DNA of 64,000 nt. Origin: Camelus dromedarius. Lineage: Eukaryota. Both the position numbers and the translations under genes were made by a program. Within the stretch, counting starts at the first letter, position 1. Every line of letters begins with the position of its first letter. Below the pieces are notes generated by a model. The model was not told where the DNA came from and made no database searches. It saw nothing but the letters and a program-made list of their open reading frames with translations. The DNA lies in contig NC_087437.1 of NCBI RefSeq assembly GCF_036321535.1, positions 12,836,001-12,900,000 of the forward strand, written 5' to 3'. Positions 1-11,340 of the stretch are shown here, piece by piece.

Positions 1-732
1 TATCTGGAATCTATCCGTGTCTTGCCATCTCTCAGGCCCCCGCCCCCCTGGTCCACATCGCCCTCATCTCCTGTCTACATCACTGTAGTAGCCTTTTAAT
101 AAGTCTCCCTGCTTCTGTGCTTGCTTTCCTGCAGCTTGTCCCCAACTCAACAGCCAGAATAACCCTTTTAAAACCTAAGCCCTGTCACATGACTCCTTTG
201 TTCAAACCCTTCTGGATAAATATTGAAGTCATTGCAATGGTTCACAAGCTTCTAAATAATCTACACCACTTCTGCTCACCCTACTCCTCAGTTGTCTCTT
301 TGCAGACCCTTAAGAGCACCATTCCTATCTCTTCAGAGGGTCTTTGCACTGGCTGTTCTTTTTGTCTTTAGAGCTCTTCTCCCAGATGCCCACATGACCA
401 ATTCTCTTGCCTTCAGGTCTTTGCTCAAATGTCCACCTGCTCAAGAACCCCTAGCCTGAACCCTCTTTTTAAATATTGCATCCTGCCTCCCACCTCCACA
501 CTACCGATCACTGTCACCCTGCTCTACCTTTTAATTTTCCAAAGTATTAGTTGCCTTCTAACATGCCTTATAATTTACTTATTTTTCTATTGCCTACATA
601 TTTGTCCCTGCCAGGAGTTAAGTTTCCTGATGGCAGGGTTCTTTGTTTTGTTGACTGAAGCATCTCGTGCCCAAGTCAATGTCTGGCACAGAGAAAGTGC
701 CTAAACCATACTTGCTGAATGAGCGACTGAAT
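1..732 (+). mobile_element. LINE-2 (L2a-like) 3' fragment
   Basis: Typical L2 motifs (cagccagaataaccctttt...actcctttgttcaaaccctt; gggtctttgcactggctgtt; ttgctcaaatgtcacc-like), ending in the L2 tail gtctggcacagagaaagtgcc...tgctgaatgagcgactgaat. Confidence 0.85.
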
Positions 733-854
733 TTCTGTCACTTCTACCTATAGAGAGAAAACAAATGTACCCCATGGACCAAAAGGCCTCTGACTCACGT
801 GACCACCCCCTCCCACAATGTTTTGCTTTTCTTCCTCTTGGAGATTAGTCTGTG

Positions 855-1075
855 TATCAGGCACTGTGTTAAATGTTTTCCAGCAGTATCTCCTTTAATC
901 CTTCAAACAACCCTTAGGAAAATAAGTGCTATTATTATTTCCATTTTCAGGTGATGAAACTCAGGCCTGGGGAAACTCAGCTCTTGGCCAAAATCACACA
1001 GTTAGTAAGATGCAGCGTGAGAGCTGGAGCTCACATCCATCAGACACCTGCACCACGGCTTTAAACCGCTAGGTC
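855..1075 (-). mobile_element. MIR SINE
   Basis: Reverse complement of MIR core: tttaatccttcaaacaaccc...attattatttccattttcaggtgatgaaactcaggc...atcacacagttagtaag. Confidence 0.8.
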
Positions 1076-1440
1076 CGCCACTTCCCCAGTGGGTGAAACT
1101 GCTCTGAGTTTGGTCATTTATGGGCTATTTCTCTGTTTGTTCATTTAACAAATATTTATTGAGCTCCAACTGTGTGCCAAGTCCTTGGGATATATCAGAG
1201 AACCAAATGAAAATCTGTGCCCGCTGACCTTTCATTACATCTACCTCTTTTCAGAGCCGTGATTCCAGGCTAATGAGGAAGGGGGATCCGGCATGGTCCT
1301 GGGGGCCCTGATTTAGGTCATAGAGAACGCTCCCTCATGTAAAGTCACCCTTCTTCACCCCAGCTTGTTATGGTATTCCGTCTGGGTGAGTTTTGAAAGG
1401 CCTACTTTCAGGTACTTTCTATTTTTTTCTGTCTAGATTT

Positions 1441-1560
1441 GTCCCCACTTTATAGATGAGAAAACCAAGCCTGAGATGATTTTGAGACTGTCTCAAAGTC
1501 AATTAGTAAATGGCAGAGCTGGGGTTTCTGGCTTCAAATTTTATGTTCATGACACCCTAG
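1441..1560 (-). mobile_element. MIR SINE fragment
   Basis: ccccactttatagatgagaaaaccaagcct...aaagtcaattagtaaatggcagagctgggg. Confidence 0.7.
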
Positions 1561-3033
1561 CAGCCACTAGAGAGGCACATGGTGAGCTAAGGGATGTGGG
1601 GTGGGGGGAGTGTTTGGGCAGCGTGGTAGATGAGAGGAACATTAAACAAGAAAATGAGGGATCCTGGGAGCCCTGACTTGCCTGTGTGTTTTCGGCAGCT
1701 CAGTAAGGGGGGCGTCTTTGTAGAAGAGGAGGTACAAGGGCAGGTCAGTACTTCTGCAGGGCAGTCAGCCAATTAGAAGAGCTAGAGCAGGGGCCATGCT
1801 GGGAGCCCTGCTCGGGGGACTCTCTGCTTGGAAGCATCAGGATATCTTTCTTCATACTGATTTCCAGAGGTCATAGCCTCAGAGGAATCAGAGATGGGTG
1901 CAGAGAAAGTCACTTGATCTGGGCCACAGCCTTCCACCTCACCTTGCGGGCCGGCTGGACTCAGCTGGGCTCAGGATGCAGCAGGTAACGTCTCCCCCTG
2001 GTTTAGACCAGAAATGTCTAAGAGCAAGGATTCTATTAGTTTACATTCTGTTCTTCATGTCTACATTGGAGAGGGAGCCAGATGTAATAGAAAGAGTCTA
2101 GGCTTTGGATTCAGAAAAAGTATTTTTACATTGTGGCTCTGTCAGTTCCTACCCAAGTTATTTACATTCCGTATCTGTGAGGAGTCAAGGAGCTATCAAT
2201 ACTTACCTTGTAAATATTCATTCATTTATTAAGCATTTATTGACATCTATTATAAAGAACTGTACATGATAGGTGTTGGGATAAGATAATTTATATAAAG
2301 TTCCTGGCTTACAGTTGTTGTTCAACAACTAATAGATATTATTATCATTATTACTAATTGCATAAATAAATCAGCAATGTCTTCTAGAATGGTGAGAGTA
2401 CAAATATTACATCAGTTAGCCTTCCAACTAACTAACTAAAGGCCCCAGCCTAGCATCCTTGTGAAGCTGTATCTGCCAGGGGGATGATGTTTTCCTCTCC
2501 GACTGGAAGTACCACGTCTGTCTGCAGTGGCCATGTGACTTCTGACAACCCTCGTCAACAGTATCCCAGAAGGAAATTAAGCTGGTTGCCCTGAATATCT
2601 TTCTGTTTTACGATGCCTGATAGGCATTCGCTAATAATTTTGACCTGGCAAAGAATCAGTCAGTAGAAAATTAGAAATTTTAATGAGGATTGTCATTAGC
2701 TGTTTCTTACAAATAATGGAGTTAAAATCTAACTCAAGATTCTTGGTAAAACAATTCTCACTTCAATTCTCACAAGTAATTATTATTTAGAGTTTATATC
2801 ACTTTGTATTTCTTACATTTTTTCAATTATCTTTTCCATTATTCTTTGGGGAAAAAAACCCCAAGAAAACAATACCCTTTGAGGCATCTTAGCATGTTAA
2901 TCTCCATTTCACAGATGGGGGAATATGAGACAGTTCTTTAGCCAACACCAATGTGTCGTGTTATGCTTACAAAAATAATACAAAGTTCTCCCTTAGGGAT
3001 TGGCCACAACCAACATCTACTATTAAACAAGAA

Positions 3034-3069
3034 GTATACACACGTGCGCACACACACACACACACACAC
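3034..3069. repeat. (CA)n microsatellite
   Basis: tatacacacgtgcgcacacacacacacacacacg. Confidence 0.9.
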
Positions 3070-3274
3070 GGAAAGAAAAGATCCTCTTGGATTAATGTTT
3101 GTAATATTCAACGAACAAAAACAACTCTGCATGATTTCTCTCCAGAAAATTCATGTGTTGAATAAACCCAGATCAAAGATGGTGATTCCATCACCTTTTT
3201 GCTGGTTCCCTGCCTTCAGAATTCCCATTCTCCTCCTTGTCTTCTTCATCTACTCCTAATTCAGTGTCTCAATA

Positions 3275-4130
3275 ATTCAGCCAATGTTTGCTGTGTAACG
3301 ACCTCACAGCATCAGTTGCATACAACTATAAGCATTTATCTTTGGCTCGTGTAGCTGTGGGTTATCTGGGCTGGTTTGCTCCATGCTGAAGGGGTGATGT
3401 CTACCCAGGGTATGTTTTTCTCATGGCAAAAGCCTAAGTGCAATAGCATAAGCTTAATGCAGAAGAACATTTTAAAAATTGAATTATACTCAGCTTACAA
3501 GTTACATTGTATCAATTTCTGGTGTACAGCATAATGTTTCAGTCATACATATACATACATGTATTTATTTTCATATTCTTTTTCATTATAGGCTACAAGA
3601 TATTGGATATAGTTCTCTATGCTTTACAGTATAAACTTGTTTATCTATTTTATATGTAGTAGTTGGAATCTGCAAATTTGGAACTCCCAATTTATCCCTT
3701 CCCACTTCCTTCCCCTCCTGGTCACTATAAGTTTGTTTTCTATGACTGTGAGTTTGTTTCTGTTTTGTAAATAAGTCCATTTATTTATTTTTTTCAGATT
3801 CTACACAAAAGTGATACCATATGGTCTTTTTCTTTCTCTTTCTGGCTTACTTCACCTAGAATAATGATCTTCAGGTCCATTCATGTTGCTGCAAATGGCA
3901 TTATTTTATTCTTTTTTGATGGCTGAGTAGTATTCCATTGTATAAATATACCACAACTTCTTTATCCAGTCATCTGTGATGGACATTTAGGTTATTTCCA
4001 TGTCTTGACTCTTGTAAATAACATAAGCACATTTTAAATCTTTGCTGGTGGCTTGTTTCATTGGCCAAAGCAAGGCACATGGCTGTCCCAAAGTTGGAAG
4101 GCAGGGAAGCTTACTCCTCCCACCAAGAGG
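3275..4130 (-). mobile_element. ERVL-MaLR (MLT1-type) LTR split by an L1 insertion
   Basis: ttgctgtgtaac...aagcatttat...tttttctcatggcaaaag left of the L1; cattggccaaagcaaggcacatggc...ggcagggaag right of it. Confidence 0.65.
3477..4020 (-). mobile_element. 5'-truncated LINE-1, 3' end (camelid-type 3' UTR)
   Basis: Antisense L1 3' end (tttctggtgtacagc...catgttgctgcaaatggcatt...gatggacatttaggtt); probable TSD acattttaaa at 3467-3476 and 4029-4038. Confidence 0.9.
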
Positions 4131-4384
4131 CTGCAGCAAGGGTTTGGATGCATTCATGGTGGGACCTGAGAGACAATGAAGTCCTGCAGACACAGGCAGC
4201 ATCTTCCTCTTTCCCTCTTAGCTCATCTCCTCCGACCTGCCCTTTAGAGTGTAACAGTAACAGCAAGAGAGGGTCGCAGTAAGATAAAGTCTCAGCAAGA
4301 ACATGGTCCCCAAGGATGTGCCAGGTAGAAAAGTAATACCTATGGAGGCTAGCCAGGGACTTCTCATGGATGTTAGACTTATGG

Positions 4385-4815
4385 CTAAAGCACTTGAAGA
4401 TTTCTCCATCCCTGTATTTTAGCCCTTTGCCATGTGACTTGGAAGATCCTCTCATCAAGAGGTAGAGTCCGTTTCCCTGTCCTTAGAATCCGGGCTGACT
4501 GGTGACTGGCTCTGGTCCACCCCAGTCATCAAGCAGCTTTGCGTGCTCTGTTCTCCCCTTGCCAGCACCACAAGAGCGAGCCTAGGCTGGCTTGCTGAAG
4601 GGTGAGAAGGCCCTATGGAGGAGAGCTGAGGCCTCCTAGGTGTCTGTGCTGAAGCCACTGCCGGATGGGCCAGTGCACAGCCCACCCGCCCCCTGACTGC
4701 AGCCACGGGGGCGGGCTCAGACCACAGATGGCCCGGCTGGCCCATACAAGTGTGGGAAATAATACATGGCTGCTGTTTTGAGGGGCTTGTTAGGCAGAAT
4801 TACTAACTTAAACAC
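4385..4815 (+). mobile_element. ERVL-MaLR (MLT1H/I-like) LTR
   Basis: ccctttgccatgtgactt...ctctcatcaagaggtagagtc...ccttagaatccgggctg; 3' end ggctgctgtttt...ttgttaggcagaattactaacttaaac. Confidence 0.7.
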
Positions 4816-6229
4816 CCTGGAACTTCCCATCTCTGGCTGTTTTGTACCAGAGGATCATTTTTTTCCACATCCTACATATTCTTGGGGGCAGGCAAGAGGT
4901 GATAAAACACTCCCTGATGCCTTCTCTCATTGCCCAAACCTGAGACCCCACAGTTCAGGTGATTTTTGTGCCTGACTCTTCCACAGTAAGCATATATAGT
5001 GGGTATCTATTTCTTTAGGAAGATTATAAGATACAAATTGATTTTGGAGAATGTGATTACTGATGTGATAAAAAGGAATATAAAGCACACAGTGTTTTCT
5101 GTTCAAGCTGTCTGTCAGACGCATTCTGATTTCTGTAACAATGATAATTAATTTTAGCTGGGTAGAAAATCCATTTTCTTTGAGGAATCCGTGAACTATA
5201 GAGAAATTTGTCAGTAACCGTTGTCTGGAATTTTACTTTCCAGGTAGGAGGCACAATAATTTTACAACAACAGCTAATATACAGAAAAACCAACCCCAAA
5301 TCGAGAAAGATATTTGGCACTGTTGTGTATTTCTGGAAATATGTCATAATGAGATTGAAGTCAAATAAAAAAGGAAGGGCCCTGATATCAAAGTTTTACT
5401 TTTTTCTTCCCTATCTTATTTTATCAGCACCAAAATGCTATATAGAAAGAGAAGAGTAAAGTTATAAGTGTGGTGACTCACAGTGCAAAGTTTTACAATT
5501 ATCAAACATTTAAGTGCATGATCTTTGAGGTTTGAGGAAAATGCCACTTTAGGAAAGAGTCGGGGGTTGCTCCGTTTTTGCAGTTAATCTAAAATTCCAC
5601 TGTAAATTTTCTGTGGTTTAGTGTTTTGTTAGCAATATGTTTTCTGCTCCTAACTGAATTCTAATAGACTAAGCTTCACGTTTGTATTTCATGGTGTACT
5701 ACTGTGGTCGGGCTCGAGTGCTGGTTTTAGTCTATCAAAGCCATGGGGAATGTTTCAAAGTGAAGTCTGCATCAAGTAAGAGACACAACAGACTGTTTCA
5801 CACTGTTTTTATTTACACTGATACACTTATTAATCTACTTGGGAAAAAGTTTCTCAGACGTGGTGGTAGATTTGCACTGTTCCGTTCACACCTCACCTTG
5901 CATCCGAGCTGGAGGGCAGAGATCTTATTCTTCTTTGAAAATCAGGGTCTAGGAGATATGAGGTCAGTCATTTGGGGGTTCCGGGGGGTCAGCTTCCAGC
6001 AAACCTTTCTGTAGGGCCAATGGAACGTGAAAGATCCAGGTCCTTTTGCCTAGTGACCCTTTCTTGTAAGTTTCACCAATATAGAGCCTTTGCCTTAAAG
6101 TATTTCATGTGATGTGTTGGAATTCTTCCTGAGCCCTGGAGCTTGACAGGAAGTTGATCGAAGGACTCGATTAGCATGAGGGTCTCTTTTTAAATGACTC
6201 CCCTTAATTTAAAGGGCTGAAAATAAATA

Positions 6230-6348
6230 CTTCTACCAAGAACGTGAGTGCATCAATTTTTGTGTTTTGTTCATTACTTTATATCCAGCACCTAGAACAG
6301 TACCTGACACATAGTGGGAACTCAATAAACATCTGTTCACTGAATGAA
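6230..6348 (+). mobile_element. L2 3' tail
   Basis: ttttgttcatt...ccagcacctagaacagtacctgacacatagtgggaactcaataaacatctgttcactgaatgaa. Confidence 0.85.
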
Positions 6349-6350
6349 GA

Positions 6351-6940
6351 TCTTGCTGGAGAATAGCTTCTTGTCTCCTGCAGGAAAGAATTTGAGAGCC
6401 AGGCATAGTGAAGTGAAAACAAGTGTATTTACAGAGATACACACTCCACTGATGGAGTGTGATCCAACTTGCTCAGAAGGGAGGGCGTCTTAGGAGATAC
6501 ACGTTCCACAGACAGAAGTGGGGCCATTTCAAAAGGCAAGAAGAAGAGAGACCGAGAGGTGTGGGGGTTTAGTTTATAGTAAAACCAGATCCACACTCCA
6601 CAGACAGAGTGCGGGCTGTCTCAGAAGGCAAGAGAGAGAGTGACCATGAGGTGTGGGGTTGTTAGTTTTCATGGGCTCAGTAATTCCATATGCTAACGAG
6701 TAGGAGGATTATTCCAACCATTTGGGGAAGGGGCGGGGATTTCCAAGAATTCGGCCCCACCCACTTTTGGACCTTTATGGTCAGCCTGGGAACTGTCCTG
6801 TCCCTGTGGCTGTGCCATGAGGCTCAAGGTCAACTGGAAGTCAAATCTTCTGCTGTCTTGGTTCTACCCAGTCCGTCCTGTCCTCAGTTGCTGTGTCATT
6901 CCTTCAGTGGTTGTACCCTGTCCCCCTCCCTCCTGTCTCA
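6351..6940 (-). mobile_element. MER41-like ERV1 solo LTR, copy 1 (triplicated R-region module)
   Basis: Minus strand begins TGAGACAGGAG and contains MER41 blocks (GGAATAATCC...TTAGCATAT, CTCTGTCTGTGGAGT, TTTCACTTCACTAT); aligns by eye to the copies at 25093, 26605 and 36222; flanks aaga/aaaa. Confidence 0.85.
6730..6749. promoter_or_regulatory. GC box (GGGGCGGGG, 6730-6738) plus GAS/STAT motif TTCCAAGAA (6741-6749) in the U3 of the MER41-like LTR
   Basis: Exact match to TTC-N3-GAA; function untested. Confidence 0.45.
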
Positions 6941-7254
6941 AAAAGAAATTTGAAGAGGTAGAAACCAAGAGATCTAGGTGAATTCTTACACCTGCTGAAG
7001 AAACCCTGAACTGCTACCTCCTCCTTAGAGTCCCTGGCAGGAAACCACTGCCTTGGGAGAAAGCGTCACATATCAGTTATAAAGATGAACATGTATTATA
7101 CCTTCTTTCACTTTCCCTTTATCTGAATCCCCACTCTCCCTTTCCAGAGGCTCAGGCCAAGTTCAACCCCAACTCCAACATGGGGTCTTTTATGATTATT
7201 CCTCTCTCATGATCTCCCCTTTATCTGAATATGTGGGATCAGACTTGCCCATGG

Positions 7255-7856
7255 GAACATACTAAATTTGATATGCCTGTTGTGCAAACAAGTGAAGATA
7301 TCCTGTCGGCAATTGAATAAATGTGGGTGGAGCTCAGACAAGAGAGCTGGGTCAGAGGAGCACCTTTGAGTCATCGGTCTATGGGTAGTGATGGAAGTCA
7401 CAGAGAGATGAGATCACTCATGGAGAAATGTGTGGAATAAGAGGAGGCAGGGGTAGAGGAGCACTTCTCAAACTTGAATGTGCACATAAATCACCTGGGA
7501 ATCTTGTTAAAATGGAGATTCTGATTCAGAAGTTTTGGGGCAAGATTCTGAATTTCCATCACGCTCCAGATCCTGGCGATGCTACTAGAGCACAGACCAC
7601 ACCTGGAAAACCAAGGAGGCAGGTAGTTGAGACTCAAGGAACAACAATATTTAAATAATAGTCCAAGGGAAAAAAATCTCAAAGAGATTGTTGAAAGTAG
7701 CCAGAAATGGAAGAAATCAGGAGAGTTATTGTGTCTTGGAGTTAATGGTCGAAAGATTTTCAAGACAGGGGCCATGTTCAACTTGGTCAAATGGTACTGA
7801 GAAACAACAACAAAGATAGAACAAGCTCTTTTGGATTTTCCAGGAAGAGGCATCTT
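7255..7856 (-). mobile_element. L2 fragment interrupted by MER5A
   Basis: aaatttgatatgcctgtt...caagtgaagatatcc...ggagctcagacaagag...tttgagtcatc...gatgagatcactcatggaga. Confidence 0.7.
7458..7616. mobile_element. MER5A (hAT-Charlie DNA transposon)
   Basis: cttctcaaacttgaatgtgcacataaatcacctgggaatcttgttaaaatggagattctgattcag. Confidence 0.85.
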
Positions 7857-8227
7857 TGTTAGAGCAGGCAGACGGCTAGACATGAGCAGAGAAAGGGGGG
7901 TCCGGGCCAAATGGCAGGAAATCATACATCTCGTGAACAGCAGGAGTCCTTGAGCAGACAGAGAAAGGCAGGAAACTCCAGACTGATAAGAGATCACACA
8001 TTTTGGGGTGACAAGTGGCCTGGAGGCCGGCAAAGAAAGGGGGGAAAAGGTAGGAATCTCCAGTGTCCAAATGTAACCTTTTGCTCATTACACCCTCATT
8101 ACAATAAAATTAGCCTTGCAGATTATAAGTTCCCATCATGCACTGACACCATGACACATCTGATCCAGACTAAATATGGTCAAGAATCCGTCCTCCCCTT
8201 GGAAAGGTGAGTTGGGATGAAAATCAG
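7857..8227 (+). mobile_element. ERV1 LTR, 3'-truncated (same family as 21042-21685)
   Basis: Begins TGTTAGAGCAGGCAGA; colinear with the reverse complement of 21280-21685 and stops at atgaaaatcag. Confidence 0.85.
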
Positions 8228-8834
8228 TAAATTCTACCCCATACTCAAATTGCCTGAGCCACTACTCACCGTAAGTTACTGTGTAACCTGTGATAGGAAA
8301 ACAGCTTAGATTTATCCTGTCATTTGTCCATATTTGCTATAACTATATTCCAGAAAAATATTTCCTGGTCCACTTTCAACAAGTATTTAAAAAAACCTGA
8401 AACTCCTATTATTTAAAATCATGGTATAATATTGCATGAAGAAAAAAGAATTCTTGGACTTGGTCAAGTGAATCTCTGGGAATTCTCTTTGAAAGAAGAT
8501 GATCTAGAGAGACGAAAATTTTAATTGAGAGATGAAAATTTTAATTGCTTCTGCTCATTGGCAGATTTTGATTTTGTTTCTGTGGTATATTTTTCTTTAC
8601 CTGTTGATTTTGGGATTTGAGGACATGATCTGTCAACAATTATTGACAAAATGTGAGGATATCTTTAGCTTCAACCTGTAATTTAAATTAATTTTTGTAG
8701 TCATTCATTATACTATTTCTATGAGGAAGTCGTGATAGAGAAATGGAGAATCAGAGATATTAAGAAAATTTCTAAGTTCAAACAGATAGTAAGTGGCAGA
8801 GCTGGGACTTAAAACCTGCATCTTCCATATAAAA

Positions 8835-9497
8835 TAGGAGGTTTTTGGCCACATGTGACAAAATAATTGGCTAATAGTGGCTTAAACACAAAATACCATT
8901 AGTAATCTCACAAAAACAGAAGACTGGAAGCAAGTGGTTCCAGGTTAGTTCAAGGAGCTAGACTTGTGTCTCTTTGATTCTCTTGACATGCCTCTCAAAG
9001 TCACAAGATGATTGCAACAGCTCCAGCCATCATATATTCACATTATAGAATCAATCCAAAGCAGGAGGAAAAAGATGGGAGATCTCTCTCTCTCTCTTTC
9101 CCTTCCCTCTCCCCCTCCCTTTTCCTTTTTCCCTTCCTCTTTTCCTGCCCACCTCTCCCACTCTGTTTCTCCCTCTCCCCTTCTCTGTTTCTTCTGTAAA
9201 TTCATCTCTCTCTCCCTCCTTCCCTCTCCACCTCTATCTCTTCCTTCTCTTTCACATTCTTTCCTTCTCCCCCTCTTTAATTAGGAGGTGTGTTTTTCCA
9301 AGAAATAATTCTCCAAAGGTTTCTTCATGGATCATATTGGCTAGAACTTGGTTACATTTTTATCTCTAATTGCAAGGAGGACAGAGAAAGTAAATATCTA
9401 GCACTTCTAGTATCCAACACCGGAGGCAGGTTTTGCTGTAAGCGATGACAGCGTTGCAAAGTGAACGTGGAGTTGATAACCAACAGTGTCTACTACA
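8835..9497 (-). mobile_element. MaLR (MLT1J/K-like) LTR containing an expanded pyrimidine tract
   Basis: atagtggcttaaac...gtcacaagatgattgcaacagctccagcc...catattggctagaacttggttaca...aaccaacagtgtctactaca. Confidence 0.65.
9083..9278 (+). repeat. ~195 bp CT-rich polypyrimidine low-complexity tract
   Basis: Almost pure C/T run (tctctctctctctctttcccttccctctccccctccc...). Confidence 0.9.
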
Positions 9498-9947
9498 TCT
9501 CCGTATTCAAAGTCCAGTGCTCTTTTAATTTGATCTCATCAGATTAATTTTGATTGCTCAGAATGAGAAGCAGAACTCCAATTTATTCATTTATTAAGAA
9601 ACCATTTATTGAGAGTCTACTCTTTACCAGACAGTGTAGCAGATGTTCTGGGGCTTCAGTGATGAACAGATGCTGTTCTTGCCTTTAAGGGATATACAAT
9701 CAGTGAAGGAAAGCCGGTCCCAAAGGAAAATGCTTCAAATGTAAATCAGTAATACATAAGTGCTGTCGTACTGGAAAAATGAACTACAGGAGTTTAGAGT
9801 AAAGAAACAAATACTACCTCTAGCTGGTTTTTGGGATTCAAAGTTTAAGTGAATGTATCACCAATTCAGTACTCACCTAGGAAGTCTGGCTGCTTGGTAA
9901 TGATGCAAAGCTCTCGCAGTGTATGTTAACAGACAGACAGCTATCCT

Positions 9948-10274
9948 TATAGCTTATTTTATACATAGTAGTTTGTACTGCTTTATTCCATACCCTTATA
10001 TTGCCCCTACCCCTTCCCTCTCTCCACTGGTAACCACTAGTTTGTTTTGCTACTTTTTTGTTATATTAACCAGTTTGCTATATTTTTTTAGATTCCACAT
10101 ATAAGTGATATCATACAATATTTGTTTTTTTCTGTCTTACTTATTTCACTTAACATAATACCCCCCAAGTCATCCATGTTCTTGCAAATGGCAAAAGTTT
10201 ATTCTTTTTCATAGCCAAGTAGTATTCCATTGCATGTGCATATATACCACATCTTCCTTAGTCATTCACCTGTT
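9948..10274 (-). mobile_element. LINE-1 3' region fragment
   Basis: ctggtaaccactagtttgtt...tttttagattccacatataagtgatatcatac...gtccatccatgtt-like...gtagtattccattg. Confidence 0.85.
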
Positions 10275-10299
10275 CCCCTATATTTGGATTTTAAAGATG

Positions 10300-11340
10300 A
10301 CTAATTTATTTATTTATTTATTTTTAGCACTTTACTGCTTCTGTAAAAATACTTGTACATTTTTAAAATAAAATGATACAGGGAAAAACAAGCACTGAAA
10401 ACTTGACAATTGAGAGAAAACCTCCAATGACATTGTTTCAGATATTTCTTATCCATGTAACACATGTGGAAATATATACACATTTTACATGAATGGGTTC
10501 ATATCATTCACTCTGTTTCTTCTATCCTTCCCACTTTACAATATGTAGTAGACATCTTCCCATTTAAAAAAGAAAGGATCTACTTCAATTTTAACAGGCA
10601 TATACATTTTTATTTTCTTATATCATGAGGTGCTTAAACAGGTCTCTTTTCATAGATATTTAAGTTTCTAATTTTTCCATATTGTAATTGCTATGTTGCT
10701 GAACATTCCTGTGCATAACTTTATTTTTTATCTTGTTAAAACATTTCCTTGGATAAATTCTTAAAAGTGGGTAGAGTGGATTGTGCCACTGGCTGCATTT
10801 CCTCCTCCTTGCAGGAGTGCCTTTTGCCACACAACTTTTCAGCACTGTCCCACTGTGGACAGTGTGTAATGTCCACCCCTGGGCTCAGTAGGCTGCCTTT
10901 GGCCAATGGGATGTTAGAAATGTGATGCAAGGAGAGTCTTGAGAAGGGACTTTGCAATCGAGCTTCTGCCATTGGCATAAGAAGGATATTTCTAGCTAGC
11001 CTACTGGTTCCAGAAGGACAGTGAGTGCAGAACTTCCCCAGTTAAGCTGATTCAATAAAGCTCTGAGTACATCCGAGCCACCCACCCAACTCAGAGACAC
11101 GTGAGTGAACCCAGCAAGATCAGCAGAACCACACAGCCCACGCACGGATACGTGAACACCAAATGCTGGGTTTTGTATGCCAGTGAGGATCTGTGGCTGT
11201 TTGTTACTCAGCATTAGCGTGGCAATACACAATGGACGCAGTGGGATTTGACTATTTATTTTTCTATTGGTACGTATATTGATTTGCCTTTTTTTAAAGC
11301 CTTGATATATCTTTCTGTATTTTTTCAAAGTAGTAAATGA
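10300..11340 (-). mobile_element. Old L1M (L1ME-like) 3' fragment hosting a MaLR LTR
   Basis: Degenerate AT-rich L1 3' text (acattcctgtgcata...atttccttggataaattcttaaaagtggg). Confidence 0.55.
10782..11240 (+). mobile_element. MaLR (MLT1H-like) LTR
   Basis: ctttggccaatgggatgttagaaatgtgatgcaag...cccagcaagatcagcagaacc...ttgtatgccagtgag...gtttgttactcagcattagcgtggcaat. Confidence 0.75.
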
